64,000 bases of DNA from Candidatus Latescibacterota bacterium (lineage in GTDB: Bacteria > Latescibacterota > UBA2968). The position numbers and the translations under genes are program-made. Within the stretch, counting starts at the first letter, position 1, and the number at the start of each line of letters is the position of its first letter. The stretch spans positions 3,136,001 to 3,200,000 of the forward strand of contig OZ220741.1 of NCBI GenBank assembly GCA_965116885.1. The letters are read 5' to 3'. The notes under the pieces are model-generated. The model had not been told where the DNA came from. It searched no databases and worked only from the letters and a program-made list of their open reading frames with translations. This document shows positions 1 through 9,260 of this stretch, piece by piece.

Positions 1-860
1 ACAGAGTTTTCCGGGAGCGTGGCGTCGTCCGACCAGGCTGTTTGCATGGTGCGGAAGTTGGGCAGTTCGGGACGGATAACGGTTTCCCAGATGTGTTCGA
101 CCTGGTCAAAGGTGCGTAGTTTTTGTGTGGGTTTTTCCGATTCATACGCGGCGAGTAATTCCCTAACTTTGTTGCCGAGCCACTCGGTTTCATCATTGAC
201 CATGCGTTCGCCAATTTTGCGGTTGGATTCGCGGGCGTTTTTGCCCATGGCAAAGTGCGGACCGGGTTCGCTTTCGGACGGTAAACGCGAGATATCGACA
301 CAGTCGGGTTCAATGGCCCATAGAAGTGAGGTTTCGACTTTTCCCGCGTGGTCGCCACCGCTGTTGTTGTCATTGTCAAAGCCGGGTTGGTTGGCTTCAA
401 AGTCGGGCAGGCTATACAAGCGCAGGCCTACATGGGGTTGGATGAGTTCACAGAGGATTTTCAGGTCTTGCCAGTTGGGCCCGTAGTGCCCGGTGAGGAA
501 GATGGCCGCGTGAAAGCCGAGGATGTCGGCCTGACGGATGTGATAGCAGATGTTTTTGAAGTGTTGCCAGGGCGGCATACAGGTTAGCCAGGATCGTTCG
601 GGTTGGCCGACCGAGCGTTCTGACCAGAGGGCATAGCCCCCAATTTCGTGGATATGCCAGTAGTCGGGCGGGGCGACGATGCCGCCGTGTTTATGCGCGG
701 TGCGAACGGCAATGCCGTGGGCTTTGAGGGCGTCGAGTCCCACGGCATTTTGTGGGCCGTGTGGTTCGCACAGGCCATAGGGGAAATAGACGACTGGACA
801 GGTTTTGAATGCGGCTTCGAGTTCATCGGGGAACATGCGCTCCCAGCGTACGTCTCTCAC
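1..860 (-). CDS. Creatininase/creatinine amidohydrolase family protein (3' end runs off the window)
   Basis: Not in the ORF track. Manual minus-strand translation from GTG at 860 (GGAG RBS upstream) gives MRDVRWERMFPDELE..YFPYGLCEPHGPQNAVGLD..GHYGPN..GDHAGKVETSLL, matching the creatininase E-x-H-G, GHxG-N and DHAGxxETS motifs. Confidence 0.85.
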   Translation of the reverse strand, partial: MRDVRWERMFPDELEAAFKTCPVVYFPYGLCEPHGPQNAVGLDALKAHGIAVRTAHKHGGIVAPPDYWHIHEIGGYALWSERSVGQPERSWLTCMPPWQHFKNICYHIRQADILGFHAAIFLTGHYGPNWQDLKILCELIQPHVGLRLYSLPDFEANQPGFDNDNNSGGDHAGKVETSLLWAIEPDCVDISRLPSESEPGPHFAMGKNARESNRKIGERMVNDETEWLGNKVRELLAAYESEKPTQKLRTFDQVEHIWETVIRPELPNFRTMQTAWSDDATLPENS

Positions 861-894
861 GGCGGAGTACTCCTTTTGAAAAATTGGAATGAAG

Positions 895-3258
895 CTATAA
901 TTCCAAATCGTGGTGCAGTTTTAGTTGGGCGATAAATTCTGGTGTGAGTGTGGTTCCCGAGTTTTTGAGATGGTTTATGACATCGTTACCGAGTGTTGTG
1001 TTGAGATGGTAGTGCTGTACAGATTCGTTGATTTTGACAAAGCCCATGTGGTTCATCAGGTCCGGGTTCATTGTGCCGTTGACGATAGGCGCGTGGAGAG
1101 TGCAGTTGGTGAAGCGCGTGCCCAACGTGCTTTGCAAAATGTAAAATTGCTCTGGAACCTTTGCCACATCGGGTTGGAGATGGCACTCGGTAAATACGAG
1201 TTCGCCTCGCAAATTTAGCGCGGTTATGGTATTCAGACTACACCGTTCAAAAGTCGCGCTGGCAATGCAGTTGCCCAGATATGCGCTAATATTTTCACAG
1301 TCGGTAAATCGCATTTTGGGATAGAGGGCGAGTGCATCGGCATAGTCGGTCGCCGATGTTCCACCGATGAGGATATGCACCTGTTCGTCATCGTCGGCAA
1401 TTTCCTGGGTGAATTTTTCGAGTTGGACATTGTCGCAGATGATGCTGCTGTTGGCGTGGAGTCGCGTGCCATCATAGCTGCCATTGCGGCGCAGGTCGTA
1501 GTGGTGGGGATTGGGTATGCGGATGAGGCGGACGCCCTGTTTTCTGCCTTCGACGGTGATGTTGCGAAATTCAATGCGATGGGGAAAGAAGAGGCGGGCA
1601 TTGTTTTTGGTTTTGGAAAAGGAAACGGTGTCCATGAGCCAGCACGGTGCATTTGATTTAGATGCAGCGCTGTAATCGATGAGCAGGTCTTCGATGGTGA
1701 CGGTGCGTGCAAAGCCTATGGGATACTGGTAGTCGAAATCGGACGGACGACAGGATAGGACAGAAACGCGGCCATTGCCACTGGGCATTAACCGACAGCC
1801 GCGGATGCGTATGTGCCCGTCCCATTTGGCTCCATAGTCGCGTCGAAAATTGACAAAATAGTTGCCGTGGCGTGTGGTGTTTTCGATTACCAATTCACCG
1901 CCGCCTGTCAGGGCGATGCCTTTGAAGCCAATGGTGCAGTTGCTGATGTAGAGGTTCCAGCAGTGAAAATGCACATCGATGCGGTTGAGGCGGCAGTTTT
2001 CAAAGCGGAAGTTTTTGTTGAGGTTGGTGCCAAAAACACCCCAGGCAACCCAGCCACCTTCTGCGGTGATGTTGCGAAAGGTGCAATTGAGCATCCGCGC
2101 ACCGCCAATACCATAGGTGCCCGCACCGAGCACTTTACCTTCTTCTTCGCGATTTTTCTCCCAGGGCATTGCGCGGATATTTTCCAGTGTGACATCGTAA
2201 ACACCGCTGAATACGTAAAAGCCGCGACGGGGATGCATGGAGATATCGCGTTTCCCCTTTTCCAGACCCATCCATTGTTCGCGGATAATGGTTCGGCTGC
2301 GTTTTACGGAGATACCGTGGTGGTGATACCGCCAGGACCTACCGCTTCCGCTGTCGCCAGAAAAGTAAAATCCGCCGCCTTCGACGATGAGGTAATTGTC
2401 GTTGCAGGGTATGGCGGTGATGTCGGTAAAGTTTTTGAATTCCCAGGCTATATCGCCAATGATGCGGCCCTCTTCTTCAACATAGAATAGTTCTTCGCGC
2501 CCCCATCCCGCCTTTGAATAATTGCCTGCCCGGATACCTATGCGATCATCGTCATCTTCGGCGATGATGAGGTGGCCTGCATATTGTGCCAGTTCGGGAA
2601 TGAGTTGCACGCCGGGTTTTAATTTTTCCAATAAAGCGGCTTTAATAGTTTCGTCTCGCGTGAGTTTTTTTGACGGGTGATCATTGAGAATTTCAAAGCG
2701 CGGCTCCCTTTGGCTGTTGTACTGTTCATCTATGTGAAAAGTGGTTTGTCCCCATGAGACGTTGGTTTTGATGGGTATATCATTGGTTTGCAAGATCCAA
2801 TATTCGCCGTTTAAATTCACAATTGGGACTTTGTGTGCATTGGCGTATTTATGCGCCAGGGTTATTTGGACGCCATCGTCGTTTTTACCGTCGCCAATCG
2901 CCCCAAACATTTTGTAGTTCACGGCTTTGTTTTCGTGTAAAATGGCGACTAATCCATTGTCCAATGCCATAACGTCGGCATCGTTTGGTTGGATATTTGT
3001 ATCTGTTTTTTTGATGTGATACAGGGCTGCGCCTCCATCGCCAGGGGTGTAAAAACCCGCGGTTTCTACCCATTCGCCTTCGCGGATTTCGGGCGAGGAT
3101 TTCATAGCTTGTACGGTGGGGTAGCGCGTTATGGTTGCACTATTTGTTGTGTTCACGGCGACCTCCTGAGACAATGCGTGCTGTGTGAGGACAATGCCAC
3201 TGATACCAATGCCAGCGAGTGCTTTGCGTCTGGATAATTTATTTGGTTGTTCAGGCAT
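895..3258 (-). CDS. Secreted (Tat-like signal) right-handed beta-helix protein, pectin-lyase/phage tailspike-like
   Basis: 787 aa. N-terminal SRRKAL plus hydrophobic stretch; ETAGFYTPGDGGAALY and VNYKMFGAIGDGKNDDG motifs typical of tailspike/Pectate_lyase_3 N-termini; repeated FxNC beta-helix turns. Confidence 0.7.
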   Translation of the reverse strand: MPEQPNKLSRRKALAGIGISGIVLTQHALSQEVAVNTTNSATITRYPTVQAMKSSPEIREGEWVETAGFYTPGDGGAALYHIKKTDTNIQPNDADVMALDNGLVAILHENKAVNYKMFGAIGDGKNDDGVQITLAHKYANAHKVPIVNLNGEYWILQTNDIPIKTNVSWGQTTFHIDEQYNSQREPRFEILNDHPSKKLTRDETIKAALLEKLKPGVQLIPELAQYAGHLIIAEDDDDRIGIRAGNYSKAGWGREELFYVEEEGRIIGDIAWEFKNFTDITAIPCNDNYLIVEGGGFYFSGDSGSGRSWRYHHHGISVKRSRTIIREQWMGLEKGKRDISMHPRRGFYVFSGVYDVTLENIRAMPWEKNREEEGKVLGAGTYGIGGARMLNCTFRNITAEGGWVAWGVFGTNLNKNFRFENCRLNRIDVHFHCWNLYISNCTIGFKGIALTGGGELVIENTTRHGNYFVNFRRDYGAKWDGHIRIRGCRLMPSGNGRVSVLSCRPSDFDYQYPIGFARTVTIEDLLIDYSAASKSNAPCWLMDTVSFSKTKNNARLFFPHRIEFRNITVEGRKQGVRLIRIPNPHHYDLRRNGSYDGTRLHANSSIICDNVQLEKFTQEIADDDEQVHILIGGTSATDYADALALYPKMRFTDCENISAYLGNCIASATFERCSLNTITALNLRGELVFTECHLQPDVAKVPEQFYILQSTLGTRFTNCTLHAPIVNGTMNPDLMNHMGFVKINESVQHYHLNTTLGNDVINHLKNSGTTLTPEFIAQLKLHHDLEL

Positions 3259-3278
3259 GATTTTTCCCTATATGTTTT

Positions 3279-4325
3279 TTATTGCACTTTACCGCGTCCA
3301 GCAACTTTCCATACGTGTTCTACATTGCCATTTCGCACGGCATAGACTTTGTCGTGGAGGTTGGTGGTCATGCCCTGATGCAAGGGGATGACGGAGATGC
3401 GGTCGCCTACGGTGAAGGTGTGGTTGCATTCTGATATATCGACGTGACCGTGTTCGACGGACATGCCGTAGATTTTGGCATTGGGGTGTTCAACGATGTG
3501 TCCATAAGGGGTGGGGGCATAACTGGTGAATGTTTTTTGGCCGCCATCGATGATGACGCGGTCGGGTGTGGGTGTGCTGACGATGGTGACTATCATGCGT
3601 TCGGCACAGGTGATGGGGTTGGGCGGGTTGTGTTCGCGGTTGATACGACGCAGACCTTCAAAGACGTAGGATCCAATGCGGGTTTCGGTGCAGCCTATGG
3701 CTTTGGAAACTTCGGCAGTGCCCGTGCCGCCTCCGCTGATGGTGTTGAGTGCGATGCCCGCGCTTTGAAGCAGGTCGCGCGTTTGGCCGATGAAGGCTTT
3801 GGCGCGTTCGTTGCTGGGATAGGTCATGATGCCCTGAAACTGAAGGCCGGGCATGGTTGTCACTTTCTGCGCGAGTTCAAGCGCGGCTTTGGGCGATTGT
3901 ACGCCGCAGCGATTGCCTCCGGTGTCGCATTCGATGAGGATGTTGATGGTGGCGTTGTTTTCTGTTGCGCCATCGGATAGACCACGCGCGGTGATTTCCG
4001 AATCGACGGCGACGGTCATGGTGGCGCGTTTACACAGTTCGGCGAGGCGTTTGACTTTGATGGGTCCGACGATATTGTAGGGAATGAGGATGTCGGAAAT
4101 GCCCGCTTCAACCATGGCTTCGGCTTCGCCCACTTTTTGGCAGACTATGCCAATGGCTCCCGCAGCGAGTTGCATTCTGGCGATTTCGGGGATTTTGTGC
4201 GTTTTGGTGTGTACGCGCAGGGGAATGTCGCATTTGTCACACGCTTCTTGCGTTTCTCGAATATTTTTTTCGAGGATATCGAGGTCGATGGTGAGCGCGG
4301 GCGTGTCGAGGTCGTGTATGGTCAT
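3279..4325 (-). CDS. D-threonine aldolase/DSD1-like PLP enzyme (alanine racemase fold)
   Basis: LDTPALTIDLD, LRVHTKTHK (PLP Lys), ISGGGT, DGGQK and SVEHG motifs. Start moved to MTIHDLDTP. Confidence 0.88.
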   Translation of the reverse strand: MTIHDLDTPALTIDLDILEKNIRETQEACDKCDIPLRVHTKTHKIPEIARMQLAAGAIGIVCQKVGEAEAMVEAGISDILIPYNIVGPIKVKRLAELCKRATMTVAVDSEITARGLSDGATENNATINILIECDTGGNRCGVQSPKAALELAQKVTTMPGLQFQGIMTYPSNERAKAFIGQTRDLLQSAGIALNTISGGGTGTAEVSKAIGCTETRIGSYVFEGLRRINREHNPPNPITCAERMIVTIVSTPTPDRVIIDGGQKTFTSYAPTPYGHIVEHPNAKIYGMSVEHGHVDISECNHTFTVGDRISVIPLHQGMTTNLHDKVYAVRNGNVEHVWKVAGRGKVQ

Positions 4326-4544
4326 GGCAATATCTGTTATTACAGGGTGAGAGATGGTGTTGTGCATGAAGAGGCAATGTACGTTGGTCTGAACAGGGCG
4401 TCAAGCGATTGTAAATATGTTTAATCTCACCGATAGCGAAAGAGGTCTGCGTTGACAAGGTGAAAGACGTTGTGTTATTTATGTGGTCAAGATTTACTGG
4501 CGTTGTAATGTTGGGTTGATCGTTAACTTAATTGAGGAGGCAAA

Positions 4545-5624
4545 ATGGCAGATAAATTGAAGGTGGGTATTGTCGGGGTGGGAGGTATTGCGCGGACGCA
4601 TATTCCGGGTTGGCAGGCTTCGGAACACGCCGAATTGGTGGCCGGAAGCGATATTAGCGAAGATGTGTTGAATACGTGGGGCGAACAATACGGTGTGAAA
4701 AAGCTGTATGTGAATCCTGAAGATTTGTTTGCCGATCCAGAGATCGATATCGTGGATGTGTGTACACCAAATAATTATCATGCGCCACTATCTATCGGCG
4801 CGCTGAATGCGGGTAAACACGTGATTTGTGAAAAGCCACTGGCACCCAGCCCCCAATTGGTGAAAGATATGCTTGCTGCACGCGACCGGTCGGGCAAGTT
4901 GTTGATGTGCGCGCAGTCGTCGCGGTTTGCGGGGTCATCTCTGGCGATGAAGAGGGAATTGGATACCGGGGTTTTGGGAAATGTGTATCACGCGCGATGC
5001 TGGATGTTGCGGCGGTCAGGGGTGCCCGCGCGACCGGGTTTTATTATGAAAAAGCACAGTGGTGGCGGGCCGTGTATCGATATTGGGGTTCACGTTTTGG
5101 ATTTGACTCTGTGGTTGATGGGCAATCCCAATCCCGTAGCTGTAACGGGTGTGGCGAAGGCGGAGTTGGCGCATCAGGAAGGTGCGTTCAGTACGATGGG
5201 GCGCAGCGGTGGTGCGATTCCCGAAGAATTTGATGTGGAGGATTTTGCAGCGGCTTTTGTGCGGTTTGAAAATGGGGCTTCGCTTATTCTGGAGACGAGC
5301 TGGATGTTGCATCAAGGTCCCCCGTCAGAACGGCAGATATGGCTTTACGGTACGAAGGGTGGAGCGCATTTGCCCAGTTGTGAGATTTATTATTCGGATT
5401 CCAGGACACAGCAACATCAGAAATACGCATTGCAAGATACGGGAGATATCGCCAAAGCGCATGCGCTGGAATGTATGACGTTTGCCGAGGCGATTGTAGA
5501 GGGCAGACCGTCGCCAGTACCGGCTGAGCAGTCGCTGCAGGTGATGGCGATTTTGGATGGGATTTATCGCAGTGAGGAGGAGGGGCGCGAAGTGGATATA
5601 TCGGGAGATGCGACAGTTGATTAA
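4545..5624 (+). CDS. Gfo/Idh/MocA family oxidoreductase
   Basis: GIVGVGGIA Rossmann motif, CEKP, GGGPCIDIGVH; GAGGAGG RBS. Confidence 0.92.
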   Translation: MADKLKVGIVGVGGIARTHIPGWQASEHAELVAGSDISEDVLNTWGEQYGVKKLYVNPEDLFADPEIDIVDVCTPNNYHAPLSIGALNAGKHVICEKPLAPSPQLVKDMLAARDRSGKLLMCAQSSRFAGSSLAMKRELDTGVLGNVYHARCWMLRRSGVPARPGFIMKKHSGGGPCIDIGVHVLDLTLWLMGNPNPVAVTGVAKAELAHQEGAFSTMGRSGGAIPEEFDVEDFAAAFVRFENGASLILETSWMLHQGPPSERQIWLYGTKGGAHLPSCEIYYSDSRTQQHQKYALQDTGDIAKAHALECMTFAEAIVEGRPSPVPAEQSLQVMAILDGIYRSEEEGREVDISGDATVD

Positions 5625-6937
5625 TAAACTTTGTCGTCTTTGTCTTTCTTTTTAAGGGTATTTTCCCATCGGCGTTCGGGAGATTGAGGCGCGCGATCGA
5701 TGAGTTTGTTGGGTCTGCCCATCTGTTTTACCAGAACAAAGGCATCGTAGAGTTCACCCACTGCGGTCATTGCGCGGTAGCTCAGGGTGTCGTCCGAGAC
5801 GGTGATAACCTGATAAAGTTGTGTGTTTTCTCCACCGCGCGTCATCCAGCGGTCTTTTCTGAGTTTGAGTTGTTTGGGTCCGCTGACCGATACGACATAA
5901 ACTGTACCTTTGGTTGAGTCGCGCACGGTTGCGCTGTTGCCGATGTTGTTTCCTCGGGCATACGTGTGATTGTGACCCTGGAGCACCAGATCGACGGCGT
6001 ATTTGTCAAAGATGGGTTTCCACGCTTCGCGCTGGTCTTTATTGGCGCGGCCTCCCGCCGAAAAGATGGGATGATGGAATGTGACAAAGGTCCATTTATT
6101 GGGATTGTTTTTCAGTACTTGTTCCAACCAGGGTGCCTGTTCTTTGTAGCGTTCATTGGAATTGAGCGAGATGATGCGGGCACCCTGATAGTCTGTGTAA
6201 TAGGTCGTTTCCGCAAAGCCTTTGGGACCATTTTGGGGCAGGGTGAATTGTGGACGCCATAGAACAGATAGGCGACGTTTGCTCACATCTTGATAGTTAG
6301 AGTATTCGTTATTCCCCGGCGTAGGAATGCTGGGGATTTTTGCATGGATCCAGTTACCAGATTCAAACCATTCATGCCAGGCGCTATCTTTGTTGGGATA
6401 ATCGACGAGATCGCCTGCGTGGATGATGAAATCAGCGTAGGGTGCGTCGAGCACAGCGGTCCGGATGGTGCGTGCCCACAGGGACAGCAGGTTGTTTTGT
6501 GCATCGCCAAGGTAGATGAAGGTGAATTTATCTGGTTCGGCAGAGGCTGTGCGAAATTGATACCAGGAACTCCAGATGTCGCCACTGCCCACGCGATAGG
6601 CATAGAGGGTGTTGGGTTTGAGGTCCTTGAATATGACCGAATGGAAATGGGCGACAAGTCTGTTGCGTTTCCATTTTTCAGTGTGCGCTGTTTCGCTCCT
6701 GGCCCATGTGGTAAAATTGGCCGAGGCATTGGCTTCTGCGATCTGGCCTTCAGCTTGTGTGATGCTCGTGTCGGTGCGCCATGTGACCGATGCCGTGGTG
6801 GCGGGGTCTCCCGACCAGGTGAGTACTATGCGGTCGGGGATTTTTTTAGGCGCGCGATCTACGGCAGCACGGTGATGTTCGTTTGCATAAGTCGGGGCTG
6901 TGAACAGGAGCAGAAGGATGATACAGACCAGGCGCAT
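5621..6937 (-). CDS. Purple acid phosphatase-like metallophosphoesterase with N-terminal FN3 domain (variant copy)
   Basis: Signal peptide, FN3 segment (LKPNTLYAYRVG), GDAQ, GDLVD, GNNE, HHP and GHNH motifs. Confidence 0.88.
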   Translation of the reverse strand: MRLVCIILLLLFTAPTYANEHHRAAVDRAPKKIPDRIVLTWSGDPATTASVTWRTDTSITQAEGQIAEANASANFTTWARSETAHTEKWKRNRLVAHFHSVIFKDLKPNTLYAYRVGSGDIWSSWYQFRTASAEPDKFTFIYLGDAQNNLLSLWARTIRTAVLDAPYADFIIHAGDLVDYPNKDSAWHEWFESGNWIHAKIPSIPTPGNNEYSNYQDVSKRRLSVLWRPQFTLPQNGPKGFAETTYYTDYQGARIISLNSNERYKEQAPWLEQVLKNNPNKWTFVTFHHPIFSAGGRANKDQREAWKPIFDKYAVDLVLQGHNHTYARGNNIGNSATVRDSTKGTVYVVSVSGPKQLKLRKDRWMTRGGENTQLYQVITVSDDTLSYRAMTAVGELYDAFVLVKQMGRPNKLIDRAPQSPERRWENTLKKKDKDDKVY

Positions 6938-6979
6938 GGAGTTCTCTGAGTGAGAATTTTTACAAAGACCACTAATTGA

Positions 6980-8293
6980 TTAATAAACCTTGTCGTCTTC
7001 GTTTTTCTTTTCAAGGGTATTTTCCCAACGGCGTTCGGGAGATTGGGGCGCGCGATCGATGAGTTTGTTGGGTTTGCCCATCTGTTTGACCAGGTCAAAA
7101 GCGTCGTAGAGTTCGCCCACTGCGGTCATTGCGCGATAGCTCAGGGTGTCGTCCGAGACGGTGATGACCTGATAAAGTTGTGTATTTTCCGCACCGCGCG
7201 TCATCCAGCGGTCTTTTCTGAGTTTGTATTGTTTGGGACCGCTGACCGATACGACGTACACTGTGCCTTTGGTTGAGTCGCGCACGGTTACGCCGTTGCC
7301 GATGTTGTTTCCTCTGGCATACGTATGGTCGTGCCCCTGGAGCACCAGATCGACAGCGTATTTGTCAAAGACGGGTTTCCACGCTTCGCGCAGGTCTTTG
7401 TTGTCGCGGCCATCGGATGCGGAATAGACCGGGTGATGGAATGTGACAAAGGTCCATTTATTGGGGTTGTTTTTGAGCACTTGTTCCAACCAGGGGACCT
7501 GTTCTTCACGGCCTTCATTGGAATTGAGCGAGATGATGCGCGCCCCCTGATAGTCTGTGTAATAGATGGTTTCCTCAAAGCCTTTGGGTCCATTTTCTGG
7601 CAGGGTGAAATGCGGACGCCATAGAACAGATAGATGGCGTGTGACCCCATTTTTATAGTATTCGTGATTCCCCGGCGTGGGAATGCTGGGGATTTTTGCA
7701 TGGATCCAGTCGCCAGATTCAAACCATTCTTCCCATTCGCTGTCCCTGTTTGCACGGTTGACGAGGTCGCCAGCGTGGATGATAAAATCGGCGTGGGGGG
7801 CGTCGAGCACAGCAGTTCGGATGGTGCGTGCCCACAGGGCGAGCAAATTGTTTTGTGCATCGCCAAAATAGATGAAGGTGAATTCATCTGGTTCGACTGA
7901 GGCCGTGCGAAATTGATACCAGGAACTCCAGATGTCGCCACTGCCTACGCGATAGGCGTAGAGGGTATTGGGCTTGAGGTCCTTGAATGTGACCGAATGG
8001 AAATGGGCAGTATTGCCATCGTGTTCCCATTTTTCAGTGCGCGCGTTTTCGCTTTTGGCCCATGTGACAAAATTGGCCGAGGCTTTGGCCTCTGCGATCT
8101 GGCCTTCGGCTTGTGTGATACTCGTATCGGTGCGCCATGTGACCGATGCCGTGGTGGTGGGATCTCCCGACCAGTTGAGTACAATGCGGTCGGGGATTTT
8201 TGAGGGTATGGAATCTACGGCAGCACGGTAATGCTCGTTTGCATAAGCCGGGACTGTGAATAGGAGCAGAAGGATGAGACAGATCGGGCGCAT
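6980..8293 (-). CDS. Purple acid phosphatase-like metallophosphoesterase with FN3 domain (canonical copy)
   Basis: Signal peptide MRPICLILLLLFTVPAYA; GDAQ, GDLVN, GNHE, HHP and GHDH motifs. Start set by alignment to the paralog. Confidence 0.9.
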   Translation of the reverse strand: MRPICLILLLLFTVPAYANEHYRAAVDSIPSKIPDRIVLNWSGDPTTTASVTWRTDTSITQAEGQIAEAKASANFVTWAKSENARTEKWEHDGNTAHFHSVTFKDLKPNTLYAYRVGSGDIWSSWYQFRTASVEPDEFTFIYFGDAQNNLLALWARTIRTAVLDAPHADFIIHAGDLVNRANRDSEWEEWFESGDWIHAKIPSIPTPGNHEYYKNGVTRHLSVLWRPHFTLPENGPKGFEETIYYTDYQGARIISLNSNEGREEQVPWLEQVLKNNPNKWTFVTFHHPVYSASDGRDNKDLREAWKPVFDKYAVDLVLQGHDHTYARGNNIGNGVTVRDSTKGTVYVVSVSGPKQYKLRKDRWMTRGAENTQLYQVITVSDDTLSYRAMTAVGELYDAFDLVKQMGKPNKLIDRAPQSPERRWENTLEKKNEDDKVY

Positions 8294-8384
8294 GGTGGTC
8301 TCCAGGTGAGAATGTGGGATTGATGTTTCTCTTACAAAGATATACAATGCGTTCCAAATTAAAAAGGCGAAACGCAACTTTTAT

Positions 8385-9134
8385 TCAATCAATTTCAAGA
8401 GAGATTTCGTTGTTGAGTTGTTCGCGTTCGGAGCGAGAATCGGTTGTGGCATAGTGGAGGATGAGGGCTTTGCGCCATGTGTCTGTGTGATTGATTTCGC
8501 TGTGGTGCAGGGTGCAGCCGTGGTGAAAGATGACAGATCCTGCTGGCACGGGACAGGCGACGGATTCGGGGAGTTCGATATTTTTTGTATCGGGTATGTG
8601 ATGTACGGGGCGGTCCGGATCATGGGTGATGTCAAAGATGCCGTGTCTGTGTGAGCCGGGTACATAACGCATACAGCCATTGGTATTTGTGGACTCGTCT
8701 AAGGCAATCCAGGCGGTGACGAGACCATTGATGGGTTGTACGCGAAAATAGCTCTGGTCCTGATGCGGTGGTTTTGCCTGACCGCCCGGTGGTTTGAGCA
8801 GCATTTGATCGCGAAAAACGCGAATGCGCGGTCCGATCAGGCCGCGCACGAGTGCGAGTAATTTGGGGTGTTTGGCAATGGGGTGATAGGTGGGGTCAAA
8901 GCGCACGACAAATGCGAGAACGCGTACACTGTGATTTTCCGCTTCTGGGTCTGATTTGTCTGTTACGGTATTGCCTTCATGTCCAATCGAGATACCTTCG
9001 GGTGCTCGATCCGGGTCGGCTACAATCTCGTCGGTGCGATGAATAACGTCGGCGAGTTCTTCTTTTTGAAAGAGGCTTTTTACGACGAGATAGCCGTGGG
9101 TGTCGTAAAATGTTTTCATCTTGGATTCAAACAC
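8385..9134 (-). CDS. Phytanoyl-CoA dioxygenase (PhyH) family Fe(II)/2OG oxygenase
   Basis: KPPGG..HQD, WIALD, NGCMRYVPGSH, HHS..N..R motifs. Confidence 0.9.
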   Translation of the reverse strand: MFESKMKTFYDTHGYLVVKSLFQKEELADVIHRTDEIVADPDRAPEGISIGHEGNTVTDKSDPEAENHSVRVLAFVVRFDPTYHPIAKHPKLLALVRGLIGPRIRVFRDQMLLKPPGGQAKPPHQDQSYFRVQPINGLVTAWIALDESTNTNGCMRYVPGSHRHGIFDITHDPDRPVHHIPDTKNIELPESVACPVPAGSVIFHHGCTLHHSEINHTDTWRKALILHYATTDSRSEREQLNNEISLEID

Positions 9135-9196
9135 GGTGTTCTCCTTTAGATGCGGAAAATACAGGTTTGAACCCAGGATGTCAAGCGTGTGAATCG

Positions 9197-9248
9197 GGGG
9201 CTGGAGGCTGGTTGGGTAGTCCTCTCACCTCTTACGTCTTACGTCTCC
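9197..9248. repeat. Short heptamer tandem repeats
   Basis: ggggctg-gaggctg, then cctctca-cctctta-cgtctta-cgtctcc, in the intergenic spacer. Confidence 0.55.
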
Positions 9249-9260
9249 CCTTTTACTTCA

